DNA of 64,000 nucleotides from an uncultured Chthonomonadaceae bacterium (GTDB lineage: Bacteria > Armatimonadota > Chthonomonadetes > Chthonomonadales > Chthonomonadaceae), in NCBI GenBank assembly GCA_963817895.1, contig CAWFQB010000005.1:832001-896000 (forward strand), given 5' to 3'. A model generated the notes under the pieces. That model worked only from the letters and a program-made list of their open reading frames with translations, was not told the DNA's origin and did no database searches. Positions 26,883 to 37,983 of this stretch are shown here, piece by piece. How positions within the stretch are numbered: the stretch's first letter is position 1; every line of letters begins with the position of its first letter. Position numbers and translations under genes: made by a program.

Positions 26883-28070
26883 ATGAGCAACTACACCCCA
26901 CAGAAAAGCGATAAGTTTACGTTCGGGCTTTGGACGGTTGGCAATCCGGGCCGCGATCCGTTTGGGCCGAACACGCGCGCCGTTGTTTCGCCCTGCGGCC
27001 TGACGTTCGAGCCGACAACCATTGTGCAGAAACTCAGCGAATTGGGCGCGTATGGCGTGAATTTCCACGACAACGACCTGGTTCCCATTGACGCCACGCC
27101 GGGTGAGCGCGACCAGATTGTCGGTGACTTCAAGAAAGCCCTTAGCGACTATGGCATGGTTGTGCCGATGGCGACCACCAACCTGTTTTCCGATCCGATT
27201 TTCAAGGACGGCGCGTTCACGTCCAACGACCCGAAAGTGCGGGCGTATGCCGTGCAGAAGACTATGAGCGCGATGGATTTGGGCGCGGAGATGGGCGCGA
27301 AAATCTACGTGTTCTGGGGCGGGCGCGAAGGCACGGAAACCGATGCCAGCAAGGACGCCCGCGACTCGATGAAACGGTTCCGCGAGTGTTTGAACTTCTT
27401 GTCCGCTTATGACGACGCGCAGGGGTACGGCTTCAAGTTCGCTCTGGAACCCAAGCCCAACGAACCGCGCGGCGACATCTATCTGCCCACTGTCGGCAGC
27501 GCATTGGGCTTTATCGCCACGCTGGAAAAGCCGGATAAGTTCGGCGTGAACCCCGAATTCGCGCACGATACGATGGCCGGACTGAACTTTGTCCATGCCG
27601 TCGCGCAGGCCATTGACGCGGGCAAACTGTTCCACATTGACCTCAACGGCCAGAAACCGGGAAGGTACGATCAGGACTACCGCTTCGGCGCGGAAGACAT
27701 CAAGGCCAATTTCTTCCTCGTAAAAATGATGGAAGACAGCGGGTACGAGGGGATGCGGCATTTCGACGCCCACGCCTACCGCACGGAAGACGAAGAGGGC
27801 GTTTGGGATTTCGCGCGCGGCTGTATGCGAACCTATCTGATCCTGAAAGAGAAAGCGCGGCAGTTCAACGCCGACCAGGAGATTCAGGGCATGATTTCCA
27901 ATCTCAGCACAGACCTGGAAGGCATCAGCCCGCTTCTGGCCTCCTACTCCGCAGAAAATGCCGACAAGATCAAGAACCTCAACGTAGACCGCGTCGCGTA
28001 TGGCAAAAAAGGCTACGGCTATGAGAAACTCGACCAACTGACGACGGAACTCCTGCTCGGAATGCGCTGA
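26883..28070 (+). CDS. xylA: Xylose isomerase (class I)
   Basis: [15 protein letters not shown]...FHDNDL...ATTNLF..P.FKDGAFT...WGGREG...[10 protein letters not shown]...NPE..H..MAGLNF...LFHIDLN. Confidence 0.97.
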   Translation: MSNYTPQKSDKFTFGLWTVGNPGRDPFGPNTRAVVSPCGLTFEPTTIVQKLSELGAYGVNFHDNDLVPIDATPGERDQIVGDFKKALSDYGMVVPMATTNLFSDPIFKDGAFTSNDPKVRAYAVQKTMSAMDLGAEMGAKIYVFWGGREGTETDASKDARDSMKRFRECLNFLSAYDDAQGYGFKFALEPKPNEPRGDIYLPTVGSALGFIATLEKPDKFGVNPEFAHDTMAGLNFVHAVAQAIDAGKLFHIDLNGQKPGRYDQDYRFGAEDIKANFFLVKMMEDSGYEGMRHFDAHAYRTEDEEGVWDFARGCMRTYLILKEKARQFNADQEIQGMISNLSTDLEGISPLLASYSAENADKIKNLNVDRVAYGKKGYGYEKLDQLTTELLLGMR

Positions 28071-28235
28071 ATGTGACCGAAGCGAACCTGTCAGGAATGT
28101 ACGCGCGATCCTACAGGAATAGAGACACAGGAGTGATATGACACGCTCCTGTGTCTTTTTTTGTCACCAACACGCGCAATTTCACCTGGTATAAAACAAA
28201 TTATACAAATTGTGTAAAATTTGGCTCGCAGGTGA

Positions 28236-28264
28236 TTGACAACCCTTGCGCGACCTGCTATTAT
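28236..28264 (+). promoter_or_regulatory. Sigma70 promoter TTGACA-N17-TATTAT with extended TG
   Basis: -35 at 28236, TG at 28256, -10 at 28259, upstream of 28355. Confidence 0.65.
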
Positions 28265-28354
28265 TACATGCAAGCGAGTGAGCAAAAGGGTATTGTTCCT
28301 TTGCTTACTCTCTTTTATCATTCTTTTAGATACCAACATTGAGGGGAGAGCCAC

Positions 28355-28711
28355 ATGCCACTCAGCCCGAATCAGGCGTTGCAAATCGCTGCATCCGCCG
28401 TTCATGAAGTAACAGATACCTATGGGCCTCCCGGCCCCGATGCCGCCGTAAAGCTTTTGATTGACGCTGCTGACCCCGATGATCCCACACAGGTGCCTGT
28501 CAACGTTCCCTTTATTGTAGGAGGGTTGCAACTGCGTAGCTTTTACGCGTTCTCCGGTAAAGCAGGGTTTGACAAAGATGCTTTGTGGACAGCTCTGGAG
28601 GTGGATTGGCAGGATGCAACCGAGACCAAAGCTAATCTGCCACAACCTGCCACCTGGGATGAGAAAACGGCGCTTTCTCAATTAGGCGGATGGGTGTGGG
28701 CGCACTCCTGA
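28355..28711 (+). CDS. Hypothetical protein
   Basis: GGGGAG RBS; 118-aa acidic ORF; no family recognised. Confidence 0.6.
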   Translation: MPLSPNQALQIAASAVHEVTDTYGPPGPDAAVKLLIDAADPDDPTQVPVNVPFIVGGLQLRSFYAFSGKAGFDKDALWTALEVDWQDATETKANLPQPATWDEKTALSQLGGWVWAHS

Positions 28712-28793
28712 AATCGCTGTCACCACGACAAGATGTTTCGAGGCCACGCCGAATAATATCTCCGTACATCAGAGAACTGAACGAGGAAAAGTT

Positions 28794-29969
28794 ATGTTCC
28801 TTAAACGCAAACTGAATGTGTTCAACACATCTCTGCGCCTTTGTCTGTGCCTGTGTCTTCCGGCTTTGCTGTGCAGCCCCGGATTGGCGCAGTCGCCCCC
28901 TGCGTATACGCCTCAGCAAACAAACGCGCAAAACCCGTCCCTGATTGACGACATTGATATTGGATTGGGCTACCTCTCCGCGTTGAGCAGTGGGGGCAGC
29001 AGCGGCTTCTACTACCATCTGGCTTACAAAGGCAGTCTGCTGACACAGCGCGGAACTCCCTTCACGCCTGCGGATGTCAATGCGCCCCTTGATCTGAAAG
29101 CGCCTGATCCTGTTAAAACCGACGGCGATTTTGATCTGTTCGCCCTGCGCTTTGAGCGGGGTGGAGCCGGTATCCAGAATGGGTTTTTGGAGGGGCTGGG
29201 CTTGATACCTGTCAAGTTCAGCAGTCGCAGTCGCTTTTTACGTGAAACTCGCGGTGTGCTGCAAGTATCGTCAAGGTTTGATGGCAAACAATCCAACATC
29301 GCGGGTGGTCTGGAAACTCCCCCCCTGCATCCTCTGCGGCTGATTGGCAACAGCTATGGAACAACAAACTGGCTGACCTTCGGCGGCCTTGTAGAGGGGC
29401 AATCCCGGCGGGCCAGCGAGGGCGGCAATCAGGCTGTTCCTATGATTACGTATCGCGCATTCCTCGGCAAAGGTTTTGGTTGGGTACAGGGCAAATCGCT
29501 GGTTGATGAGATGTACGCCGCGATTATCAAACAAGCGCCCACTTATGAGGCTTTGCTGCAACAGATTCCGCAGATCAAGCAACGTATTGTGACTTCCGGC
29601 CAGTTGCCCACCCTGCAAGAATCTGTCCTGATACAGCTTTCCGGTGTCGCTCCCTGGCAGACCCAAAAGCCGTCACAGGAAGATTACCAGAAAAAGGTAA
29701 AAGAATTCCTGGGTGATTTTTCTAAATCCTACACCACTCGCCCCGGTTTCGCCGCCTGGCTCGAGTCTTCGGCGTGGTACGCCCTGAGCCATGACTCCGG
29801 CACTTCTGCCCGTTTCAACAACATTCTGGCGGCAACGCTGACCTACTGGATTAATCCTCGCGATGACAGCCCCTACTGGCTTCGAGTACGCTATGAGAGT
29901 GGACGTGAACGCGCCGCGCCGACGGTCAATCTAAACCAGATACTCTTCTTCATCGGACGCAATTTTTGA
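28794..29969 (+). CDS. Secreted/outer-membrane hypothetical protein
   Basis: Signal peptide (..GLA-Q); alternating beta-strand-like segments; C-terminal Phe. Confidence 0.65.
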   Translation: MFLKRKLNVFNTSLRLCLCLCLPALLCSPGLAQSPPAYTPQQTNAQNPSLIDDIDIGLGYLSALSSGGSSGFYYHLAYKGSLLTQRGTPFTPADVNAPLDLKAPDPVKTDGDFDLFALRFERGGAGIQNGFLEGLGLIPVKFSSRSRFLRETRGVLQVSSRFDGKQSNIAGGLETPPLHPLRLIGNSYGTTNWLTFGGLVEGQSRRASEGGNQAVPMITYRAFLGKGFGWVQGKSLVDEMYAAIIKQAPTYEALLQQIPQIKQRIVTSGQLPTLQESVLIQLSGVAPWQTQKPSQEDYQKKVKEFLGDFSKSYTTRPGFAAWLESSAWYALSHDSGTSARFNNILAATLTYWINPRDDSPYWLRVRYESGRERAAPTVNLNQILFFIGRNF

Positions 29970-30140
29970 AATGAGACGGCTGTGATTTAGATACCGCCCG
30001 GTCAAACACATAGAATGTACATAAGAGGCGCGTCCTCAAAATGGAAAAGCAGATTGCGGCTGCTATTCGTATTGAGGACGCGCGGGCTACGCGCATCGCA
30101 GCAAGGAATGATGCGCGTAACAGCGTGGAGACAGCAATCC

Positions 30141-31109
30141 CTACATGGCTGCGCTCCTGCGGTTGCGGCGCAGAAATCCCGCGCCAACCGTTCCCACACT
30201 GAGAAGCAGGGCAATGCTGCCGGGTTCGGGAACCGCAGCGGGAGCAAATAAAAATTGCGAGGGTGACAGCGCGGCGTCGCTGAGGCGAATCTCATCAATC
30301 AGGCCGCCAAACTGATCTGTAAAAATACCATTGTATTCCCCGCGCCCCACCGTGAAAACGGTATTGTCCGTGTGCAAACCTCCGATAAATGGCGCGGAAT
30401 TATCCAGAGTGTACGCGCCGCCGGGTGTACCCTGCACATACAGAAACAATGTGTTGCCATCACTGACGGCTGCCACGTTGTACCATTGGCCGACCTGAAG
30501 TAGTGTGGTTCCGTCAATTATGATAAAGTTGCCATCGGCCTGACGCGCTCGGATGGAAAAAATGTTCTGGTTGGGGGACTGAAAGTACAGGTTCGAGGCG
30601 TTTGGATCGCCGCTGCCGGAGATGTTCTGGCCGTCTTTGCCGAGGAAGGTTTGAAAGCCGCCGAAACTGTTGAACTTCACGGAAGCCTCAATGGTGAACT
30701 GATTGAAAACGTGGGTGTTGATGGCGTCCCCATCCGAATACAGGTCGCGCGTTCGGTCCGGATCTGTGGGTACGCTGAAGTCCAGGCTGCGCGTGTTGGA
30801 AGTTGTTGGATTGGTGACGGTTCCCGGGTTATCCGCGCGGTAAGTGGGGGCTGCCAGCCCATCGAACGCCAGCAGGATGTTGCCGTTGCCCGATGAGTCA
30901 GGAATAGGCGCAGGCTGTGTCACTGTTTGCGCGCCGGGGCTGCCCTCTTCAAAGCGGTAGTACGCCAGCGTTTGCGCCTGCGCATGGCCCGATACGAGCA
31001 AACTTAACAGCATCGCCGCGCCAGGCAAACTGAGCCTGCCGCGCCAATGCCGCAGACAGGGGTACTTCCTGAGCGATGGTAAAGAACGATTACGGGAAAT
31101 CGGTTTCAA
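30141..31109 (-). CDS. LamG/ConA-like domain protein with PEP-CTERM sorting signal
   Basis: AYYRFEEG...FTIEASVKF...WYNVAAV.DG..L.LY...FGGLIDEIRLSD.AL; VPEPGSIALL-TM-RR; TTG start after AAGGAG. Confidence 0.88.
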   Translation of the reverse strand: MKPISRNRSLPSLRKYPCLRHWRGRLSLPGAAMLLSLLVSGHAQAQTLAYYRFEEGSPGAQTVTQPAPIPDSSGNGNILLAFDGLAAPTYRADNPGTVTNPTTSNTRSLDFSVPTDPDRTRDLYSDGDAINTHVFNQFTIEASVKFNSFGGFQTFLGKDGQNISGSGDPNASNLYFQSPNQNIFSIRARQADGNFIIIDGTTLLQVGQWYNVAAVSDGNTLFLYVQGTPGGAYTLDNSAPFIGGLHTDNTVFTVGRGEYNGIFTDQFGGLIDEIRLSDAALSPSQFLFAPAAVPEPGSIALLLSVGTVGAGFLRRNRRSAAM

Positions 31110-31290
31110 GAGGGTTCTCCTTGCGAGGCGGAATGGATATTGCCGCAACAAACAGGCGTTACCATACAGCGGAATCTTTACAACACTGCTATTGTACAAA
31201 CCCATCGTGAAAACATCGTGAAAAGCAGTAGCAAAAGCGGGCGTAACCGTCAAAAATAGACAGGTGGAGGAAAAAAGAGTCAGATGAGGT

Positions 31291-34200
31291 TCAGGATTCC
31301 TCTTGAATCTGCAATATCGAGGTAACCGCCTGTTCCAGAGACAATATCTGCCCCTGCGTCCAGGCGCGGGCAAAAGACGAAGCGCCAAGAGCAGCCTGCA
31401 TCGCGGCTGCGCTTCGCTCCCAATCTACGCGTTCAGCGGCTGTCAGGGGCGCGGCGATGGATTCGCGCAGAGCGTTTGCCGCGCTGAACAATTGTGTCGC
31501 TTCCGTATGCCGGTTTTGGGCGTGACGAATGTTGGCGAAGGTTTCCAGACAGCCTGCCATGCGCCGCCGGTCTCGCATCTCCCAGAAGAGCGCGACGCTT
31601 TCGCGTTCCAACTCTTCCGCGCGGGCGATATTGCCCTGGCGCAGGGCCACCATGCCTAATTTGCCCAGCGCATACGCGACACCATTGGTGTCCTGTATGG
31701 CGCGGAATCCTTCCAAACTTTCGGCATGAAGAGCCGCCGCATCGTCCCATTCCCCCCGCAGGAACGCCAGGTCGGCAAGGTTGCTGATGGAAACAGCAAC
31801 GCCGTGCGTATCGCTCAGTTCGCGGCGCAAAGACAGACACTGCCGATCCAGAGCTTCTGCCTGCGCATAATCACCCGCATCGCGAACGGCATACGAGAGC
31901 CTGTCAAGCGTATGGGCGATACCCCAGCGATCCCCGGCCTCTCGAAAGAGAGATATACTCTCCTCCAGAAGTCCTTGCCCCCTTTCAGTATCGCCCTTCA
32001 GGACAGCCAGCATCCCCGTAAGTGAAAGAGAAGCCGCGATACCACGCTTATCGTCCAGATTACGATGCGCTTCCAGACTCTCTTCGCAAAGCCGCTCCGC
32101 CTCGCCGTAAACATCCTGTGTCCATGCCAGAGTGGCCGCGGCAAGCAGGGCGCGGGCGCGAGAGGGCAGGGATACCCGCGTGTGTTCCAGCATCCGATAC
32201 AGCCAGTCTCTCCCCTCGCTCCAGTACCCGCGCAGATACCAGAAACGTCCCAGAGCGCCGGCCAACCGTAACGCCGCTTCGGGATGGTTTTCCGCTCGCG
32301 CCAGTATCCATCGCATATTTTCCTGCTCTGCTTCCAGGCGCAGCAGCCATTGGGAAACGCCTTCGCGCCGAAGCTGCGGCTCAATAGTTTCCGCAAGAGC
32401 AACAAAATAATCGCTATGCCGATCCGCCATGCCCTTTTGCTCTTTCGCGCTTAGTTGTTCCCAGGCATACTCCCGCACGGTTTCCGCCATGCGGAACCGC
32501 ATCTCTCCACTTTCGTCGGCGCTGTCTTCTGCGATTACGAGCGAACACTCCCGTAATTTTGTGAGCGCTTCCAGCGTCTCAGGAAGCTCGCAAACCGCTT
32601 CCGCCGCTTCCAGCGTCCAGCCGCCGCGAAACACGGCCAGTCGCGCGAACACGGTTTGCAGCGCGGGCGTGAGCAGTTCATAGCTGCCTGTCAGCGCGGC
32701 TCGAAGCGATTGATGACGGGGTATCCGCGTGTGATGACGCGAGACGAGCAAATCTAATGGCCGTTCCACGCGCAGCAGCATTTGCGCGGGCGACAGGGTT
32801 TGCGCCCACGAGGCCGCCAGTTCCAGCGCGAGGGGAAGGCCCTCCAGTTTCCGGCACAGAAGGGCGACAGAGCGGGCATTGCCCCGCGTAATCTGAAAAT
32901 CGGGGCGCGCGGCCTGTGCGCGATCCAGAAACATCTGCACAGAGGCAAAATCCAGCAGGTGTTCCGGCGTATCCGGGTATTCGGGGGTAGGCAGCGGCAG
33001 CAGGGGAAACTCGCGTTCGCCCTCCACAAGCAGGGGCTGACGCGACGTTACCAGGCAGGACAGGTTGGGAACCCGCGCCAACAGCGTTTGCGCAATCCGC
33101 GCGCCCTCCGGCGTGGACAGTTGCTCGAAGTTGTCCAGTATCAACACGGCGTTTTCCCAACCCGCCAGCGCGAAGGTAATCTGCTCCCACTGTTCCGTTT
33201 CCGACCCGTCGGTGTTCTGCGCTCCCGCAGGGCGCAGGGCATTGGCGATTTCACTCACAATCAGATTCGGGGCGACAACATCCGCGAGGGGCACAAACAC
33301 AACGAGCAGATGGGGAAGGGCGCTGAGTTGGCGCGCGGTTTCTATGGCAAGGCGCGTTTTCCCCGCTCCGCCCTGCCCGGTCAGCGTCACCAGTCGGACG
33401 CGCCTGTTCTCCTCTGCGCCTTGCAGCCAATGCAGCAGCCGCGCGCGCTCCGCTTCGCGTCCAAAAAAGCGCGTCAGCGTCAGGGGCAGGCGGGTGGCCG
33501 GGGAGTGTCGCGCCGAGGCCGGCGGCTTTGCTTCCCGCGATGGCAGGAATTCTCCCTCCTGCGACGGCAGGGGAATAGACGGCATTATCGGAACGGGTTC
33601 GGAAAGAGCGGGGCTGTCATCGTGGACGGAACCGTTGCCGCCATGTTGCTGCGGTTGCCGGATGGACTCGACAAGGCGGCGCGTGATGGCATCCGGGCGG
33701 TCGTTAACTCCTCTTGCCACAATTGCTCCATCCGGGCGTATTGCTGCAGCGCCGCTTCCGTGTTGCCGGCATCAGCCAGCGCGCGGATGAGCGCCTGTTG
33801 CGCTTCCTCGTCCAGCCGATTTGCGGCAACCCATTTTCGCGCGTTTTCCAGCGCGCAGTTCCAATCGCGCATGTGTCGCGCGAGCGTAGCAATCTCCCGC
33901 AGGGCTGCCAGATAGTGGTTCCGCAGACGCTCGCGCTCCCCCAGAATCCACGCCTCGTAAAACCCCGGCAATAAATCGCCCCTGTACAAAGCGACGGCCC
34001 GCGTAAGCCGGTCCAGACGCGCTTCCCCAGCGGTCTTGTCTCGCAAAAAAAATGCGTCGGTCAGGAAAGTTTTGTTTATTGGGGCAAGCGCTTTCAGCGC
34101 GGCCTCGAATTCAGCGGTATCGGTGGCAACCGTCAGGGGATTGAGGCGGACGGCAAAACGATCCGCAATCAGAACGCTGCCGGAAAGAACACCGGGCGGT

Positions 34201-34457
34201 TCCAGCTGACGGCGCAGCGACGCAAGCGCGGCGCGCAGGCTTGCGCGTCCCGCCTCGGTTCTGGCCTCCGGCCACAGCATATCGGCCAGCAATTCGCGCG
34301 GATGGGCAGGCTGTTTCAGATGGCAGGCGAGGTAGGCCAGGAGGGACGCGGTCTTGCGGGTGGCAAACCGCGACACGACGCGAGGTTCTTCCCCGGCGTG
34401 GGCCGCGTATGCCAACTGCAAACCGCCCAGCATTTCGATTCGACAGGGCGCGTCCAT
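31291..34457 (-). CDS. SARP/BTAD transcriptional regulator with NB-ARC-like ATPase and TPRs; frameshift at about 33705
   Basis: N-terminal wHTH/BTAD (RELLADMLWPE, LYRGDLLPGFY..W...ERERL); LT.FFGRE, LTGQGGAGKTRLA, LILDNFEQL, EGLPLALELAA; one missing A joins ..EEL to NDRPDAITRRL. Confidence 0.85.
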
Positions 34458-34604
34458 AGGGTTCCTCGCTGAACTCTGGACATCTTTCAGCAGCTTTGTC
34501 GGGCGGCACGGCAAACAGCAAAATCAAAAACAGCAACAACCCAAAGTAAGGGATTAGACAAATATACGGCGGAATGGGGATAAAGTATGCAAAACTGCGG
34601 CATT

Positions 34605-34646
34605 AAAAATCCTCTCCCGCCAGATTATGTCCGGCAGGGAGAGGAT
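34605..34646 (-). terminator. Putative intrinsic terminator of the ABC/TPR operon
   Basis: ATCCTCTCCC.GCC...GGC.GGGAGAGGAT stem with a T-tract on the minus strand. Confidence 0.55.
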
Positions 34647-34649
34647 AGG

Positions 34650-34755
34650 AGTTGATAGTTGATAGTTGAGGGTTGATAGTGGCAGCTATTCGACAGCGTA
34701 CTGGATGATACAGTATGGCTCGAGTTATCAACTATCAACCCTCAACTATCAACTA
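34650..34755. repeat. Inverted pair of tandem heptamer arrays (GTTGATA)n / (TATCAAC)n
   Basis: Both arms carry the same GTTGAGG variant unit; right arm supplies the stop of 34753..36270. Confidence 0.93.
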
Positions 34756-36270
34756 CCCATTCGGAACGATGTCTTTGTCCGTAATCGGCTTTTTGCCCTC
34801 CATCTGTTCGCGGCTGACTTTGTAAGTCACCCGCGTCAGGCGCAAGGGCTGCCCGAACTTGCTGAAAGGCACGATTTTGCCGTCCCATACCGGTGCCTCG
34901 CCCCCGAAACCCTCAATCATCGTGGTTCCCATTTCGCCGGGGCTTTTTTCCAGCACGACATTGGATGGGTTGGAGTCCGTCAGTCCCTCGCCGTTCCAGC
35001 CAAACCGGTCTTGCAGGAAGGGGGAGGACTGGCGCACATTGTAGTCGAGGACGATTTTGTAGGAGTCAGACACGAAACTGTACATCTTCGGGTCTTTGCT
35101 CATGTCCATTTCGCGCGCGTACTTGCCCTCATGGACGCTGATGGCATCATGCAGAATCGTGGTATCCTGGTCCACTTCAAAAGAACTGAGCGTTTGTCCG
35201 AGTCCTTTGGATTTGTAGTCCCAGTCGCTGATCCAGACGTTGACGCGAGAACCGGGGGCCGTGTTGAACGTGCCGGAGATTTTCAGCACATGCGGGCGCA
35301 CGACATCAATCTGCGTGGTCAGCGCGACATTCCACGGGCGGGGAGTCTGGTCGGCGGCTTTGAGCGGCGGCGCGATCACGTTCGGGAATTTCGTCGGGTT
35401 GATTTTCGGGTCGTGATCGGTTGTGGTATAGCGGTCGTGGTAGCGCTGCACGTTCTGCTCGTAGTTGTGGATTTCCGTGGCAAGCATCTGCTTCAGCGAG
35501 TATTCCACATCTTTATGCTCTGCTTTCGCTTTCGCGATGTCCCCTTCCGTCCGCTCTCGGGCGCGCCGCCAGATTTGCAGGGCTTCGGGGATGCGTCCCA
35601 TGCGCTCATACGTGTGTCCCAAAATGTGATAGGTTTTGATGGGCGCGGCATACGGGAAATCATCCGTGTCCTTTACGCCTTTTTCATTGCCGTATGGCCC
35701 GGCAATTGCCATTTCAAAGGCGGCGGCGGCGACGGGGTAGTCCTTGATCTTGTCGAAGTTTTGCCAGCCCTTTTCAAACTTGATGTCGGCAATGTTCATG
35801 TTGTTCTTGATGCCTTCATCCAGCAGGGCCTGCGAGGGGGCGATGTAGCGCCAGTCGGAACGCTCGGAACTGTCCGTGAAGTTGTAGGAGAGATGCCACG
35901 CGCCGGTCACGTACACGTTGTCGGCGTGGGGGTCGAGCCACGTAATCATGCGGACAAGCGGCAGAATCGCGTCGTAGTCGCCCGAATGGAAGAACTCGTC
36001 GCAACGTACCCACAGCAGGCCGGCAGCCGCTTCGCGGAAGCCGAGCAGGGGCAGCAGCATGAACTCGTTGTTCAGCCCGGACGCGCTCGTCCCGATGCTG
36101 ACCTCCTCCTTATGAATGTCTTTGATCTGCGGGTCGAGCATGTGCTGAACCAGCATCGTGCCGAGGAAGAACGCTGCCGCAAGGGGAATCAACTTCTGCC
36201 GCCGCTTGATGGTTTCATGCGACATGCGCTTGTTCGCATGGGTCAGGTGGGATATATCTTGGTTTGCCAT
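34753..36270 (-). CDS. Membrane-anchored TPR-like protein in the ABC operon
   Basis: N-terminal TM; LLGFRE.AA.LLWVR.D.FFH.G.Y...ITWLDPH...Y..GAWHL.YN; TPR-like helices. Confidence 0.75.
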   Translation of the reverse strand: MANQDISHLTHANKRMSHETIKRRQKLIPLAAAFFLGTMLVQHMLDPQIKDIHKEEVSIGTSASGLNNEFMLLPLLGFREAAAGLLWVRCDEFFHSGDYDAILPLVRMITWLDPHADNVYVTGAWHLSYNFTDSSERSDWRYIAPSQALLDEGIKNNMNIADIKFEKGWQNFDKIKDYPVAAAAFEMAIAGPYGNEKGVKDTDDFPYAAPIKTYHILGHTYERMGRIPEALQIWRRARERTEGDIAKAKAEHKDVEYSLKQMLATEIHNYEQNVQRYHDRYTTTDHDPKINPTKFPNVIAPPLKAADQTPRPWNVALTTQIDVVRPHVLKISGTFNTAPGSRVNVWISDWDYKSKGLGQTLSSFEVDQDTTILHDAISVHEGKYAREMDMSKDPKMYSFVSDSYKIVLDYNVRQSSPFLQDRFGWNGEGLTDSNPSNVVLEKSPGEMGTTMIEGFGGEAPVWDGKIVPFSKFGQPLRLTRVTYKVSREQMEGKKPITDKDIVPNG

Positions 36271-36274
36271 GAAA

Positions 36275-37042
36275 TTACACCTCGCGCCGGTCGAAGATGA
36301 GAATCGCCAGCGTCAGCAGCACGGCAGAATAGATGATGGCGTAGATAATATTGTTGCGGTAGAACACGCCCTCGTTGGTAATCTCCTGCGTCGGGTGAAT
36401 CAGCGCGTTCTGGATGTTGAAGTTGCCGAAGTTGGGCAGAATGTAGTGAACGATGGTTCCCACGAATTTGGCGGCCTGTCCCCGGCTGGTCATCAGCGAT
36501 TCAGTAACGCTGGACAGGTTGCCCACGAGGAAGATACCGAACGACAGGAAGAAGTTGACGACCGGCGTGGCGAACGTGGAAAAGAAGATTGTCAGCGCGG
36601 CCAGCAGCAGCATCTGGAAGAACGTCATCACGACGCCCTTGACCATTTCCGGCGGCACTTTGCCCAACTGGAACTTCAGCATAATCAGGAACACGATGCC
36701 CATGGCGGCGATATTGATGAAGACCGTGAAAAAGCCGCCCAGAAACTTGCCCAGCACGAACTCGTAGCGCTGCACGGGCTTGGAAAGCACGGTATAAATG
36801 GTGCGCCGCTCGATCTCAACGGGTATCAGGTAGATACAGGTGACAATCGTGATGAACAGGCCGGCCAGCAGAATGGCGGCGAGTCCCAAGCTTTTCAAAA
36901 CGGTCTGGCTGTCTTTGCCGAGGAAGTTGAAGACGGGGCCGAGCGAGATCAGGAAGATACCCGAAATCAGGAACACCCACATAACGCGCCGTCGCAGCGC
37001 TTCGCGCACGGTTTGGCGGGCAATTGCCCATGTTACCATCAT
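36275..37042 (-). CDS. ABC-2-type permease (PilI-like)
   Basis: IA..T.REA.RRR...EIERRTIYTVLSKPV.R.EFVLGKFLG; about 6 TM segments. Confidence 0.88.
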   Translation of the reverse strand: MMVTWAIARQTVREALRRRVMWVFLISGIFLISLGPVFNFLGKDSQTVLKSLGLAAILLAGLFITIVTCIYLIPVEIERRTIYTVLSKPVQRYEFVLGKFLGGFFTVFINIAAMGIVFLIMLKFQLGKVPPEMVKGVVMTFFQMLLLAALTIFFSTFATPVVNFFLSFGIFLVGNLSSVTESLMTSRGQAAKFVGTIVHYILPNFGNFNIQNALIHPTQEITNEGVFYRNNIIYAIIYSAVLLTLAILIFDRREV

Positions 37043-37044
37043 AT

Positions 37045-37983
37045 TTAGACCTCATCCTCCTTACGAACCGTTTCCACGAACACCTCTTCCAGCGTCCGCT
37101 TGTGCGGCACAACCGCGATCAATTCGCCCTGCGCGCCCCGTACCAGATCAATAATCGCCGCTACTTTTTCCCGGTCATCGCTGGACAGGCGGACGCCGTT
37201 CGCGCCATCCCTGACCGCATCGGGGGCCAGCGCGCGCAGCTTGTCGAACGTGCCGTTGACCAGACTGCCGCCCTGCGCCACGATTTCGGTTCGTTCGCCG
37301 GATACCAGTTCGCGGATCGTGCCGACTTTGAGCAACTTGCCCCGGTGGATAATGGCGACGCGAGAGCAGATCAGTTCCACGTCGGCCAGTTGGTGCGAGG
37401 AGAGGAAAACGGTCTTGCCCTCATCTTTGAGACTGCCAACGATGTCGCGCAGTTCCGCGTGGGCAATAGGGTCAAGGCCGGATGTCGGCTCATCGAGAAA
37501 CAGCAGTTTAGGATCGTTGATGAGCGCCTGCGCGATACCTGTGCGCTGGCGCATGCCTTTGGAGTAGCCCCGGATGTTGCGCTTCCAGGCGTCGGGCTGT
37601 AGCCGGACTTTTTCCAGCGACAGTTTCACGCGGCGGCTGCGCTCCGGTTCGGGAATTTTGAACAGGCGGCCATAAAAGTCGAGCAGGTCCCAGCCGGTCA
37701 TGCCGTCGTAGAAGTAGGTCTCTTCCGGCAGGTAGCTGAGTTGGTTCTTGATGGCATTGTCGCCCATCGGCTTGCCCAGGATGTTGGCGTCGCCCGCTGT
37801 CGGGAAAATCAGTCCGAGCAGCATTTTGATGGTCGTGGTTTTGCCGGCTCCATTGCGGCCCAGGAAGCCGAAAATTTCGCCCTCTTCCACTTCGAGGTTG
37901 AGGTTATTAACGGCCGTAACCTCGCCGGTGCCCACTCCGAGGTACTTTTTGGTCAGTCCCTGGATGGAAATTGCAGCAGCCAT
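37045..37983 (-). CDS. ABC transporter ATP-binding protein (PilH-like)
   Basis: GRNGAGKTT, YSKGMRQR, LFLDEPTSGLDP, SSH. Confidence 0.94.
   Translation of the reverse strand: MAAAISIQGLTKKYLGVGTGEVTAVNNLNLEVEEGEIFGFLGRNGAGKTTTIKMLLGLIFPTAGDANILGKPMGDNAIKNQLSYLPEETYFYDGMTGWDLLDFYGRLFKIPEPERSRRVKLSLEKVRLQPDAWKRNIRGYSKGMRQRTGIAQALINDPKLLFLDEPTSGLDPIAHAELRDIVGSLKDEGKTVFLSSHQLADVELICSRVAIIHRGKLLKVGTIRELVSGERTEIVAQGGSLVNGTFDKLRALAPDAVRDGANGVRLSSDDREKVAAIIDLVRGAQGELIAVVPHKRTLEEVFVETVRKEDEV

Noticed and set aside
34666..36300. Long antisense ORFs (also 26877..28037, 57368..58741, 6093..7100, 59962..61236)
   Set aside because: They are shadows of well-supported genes on the opposite strand, expected in high-GC coding DNA.
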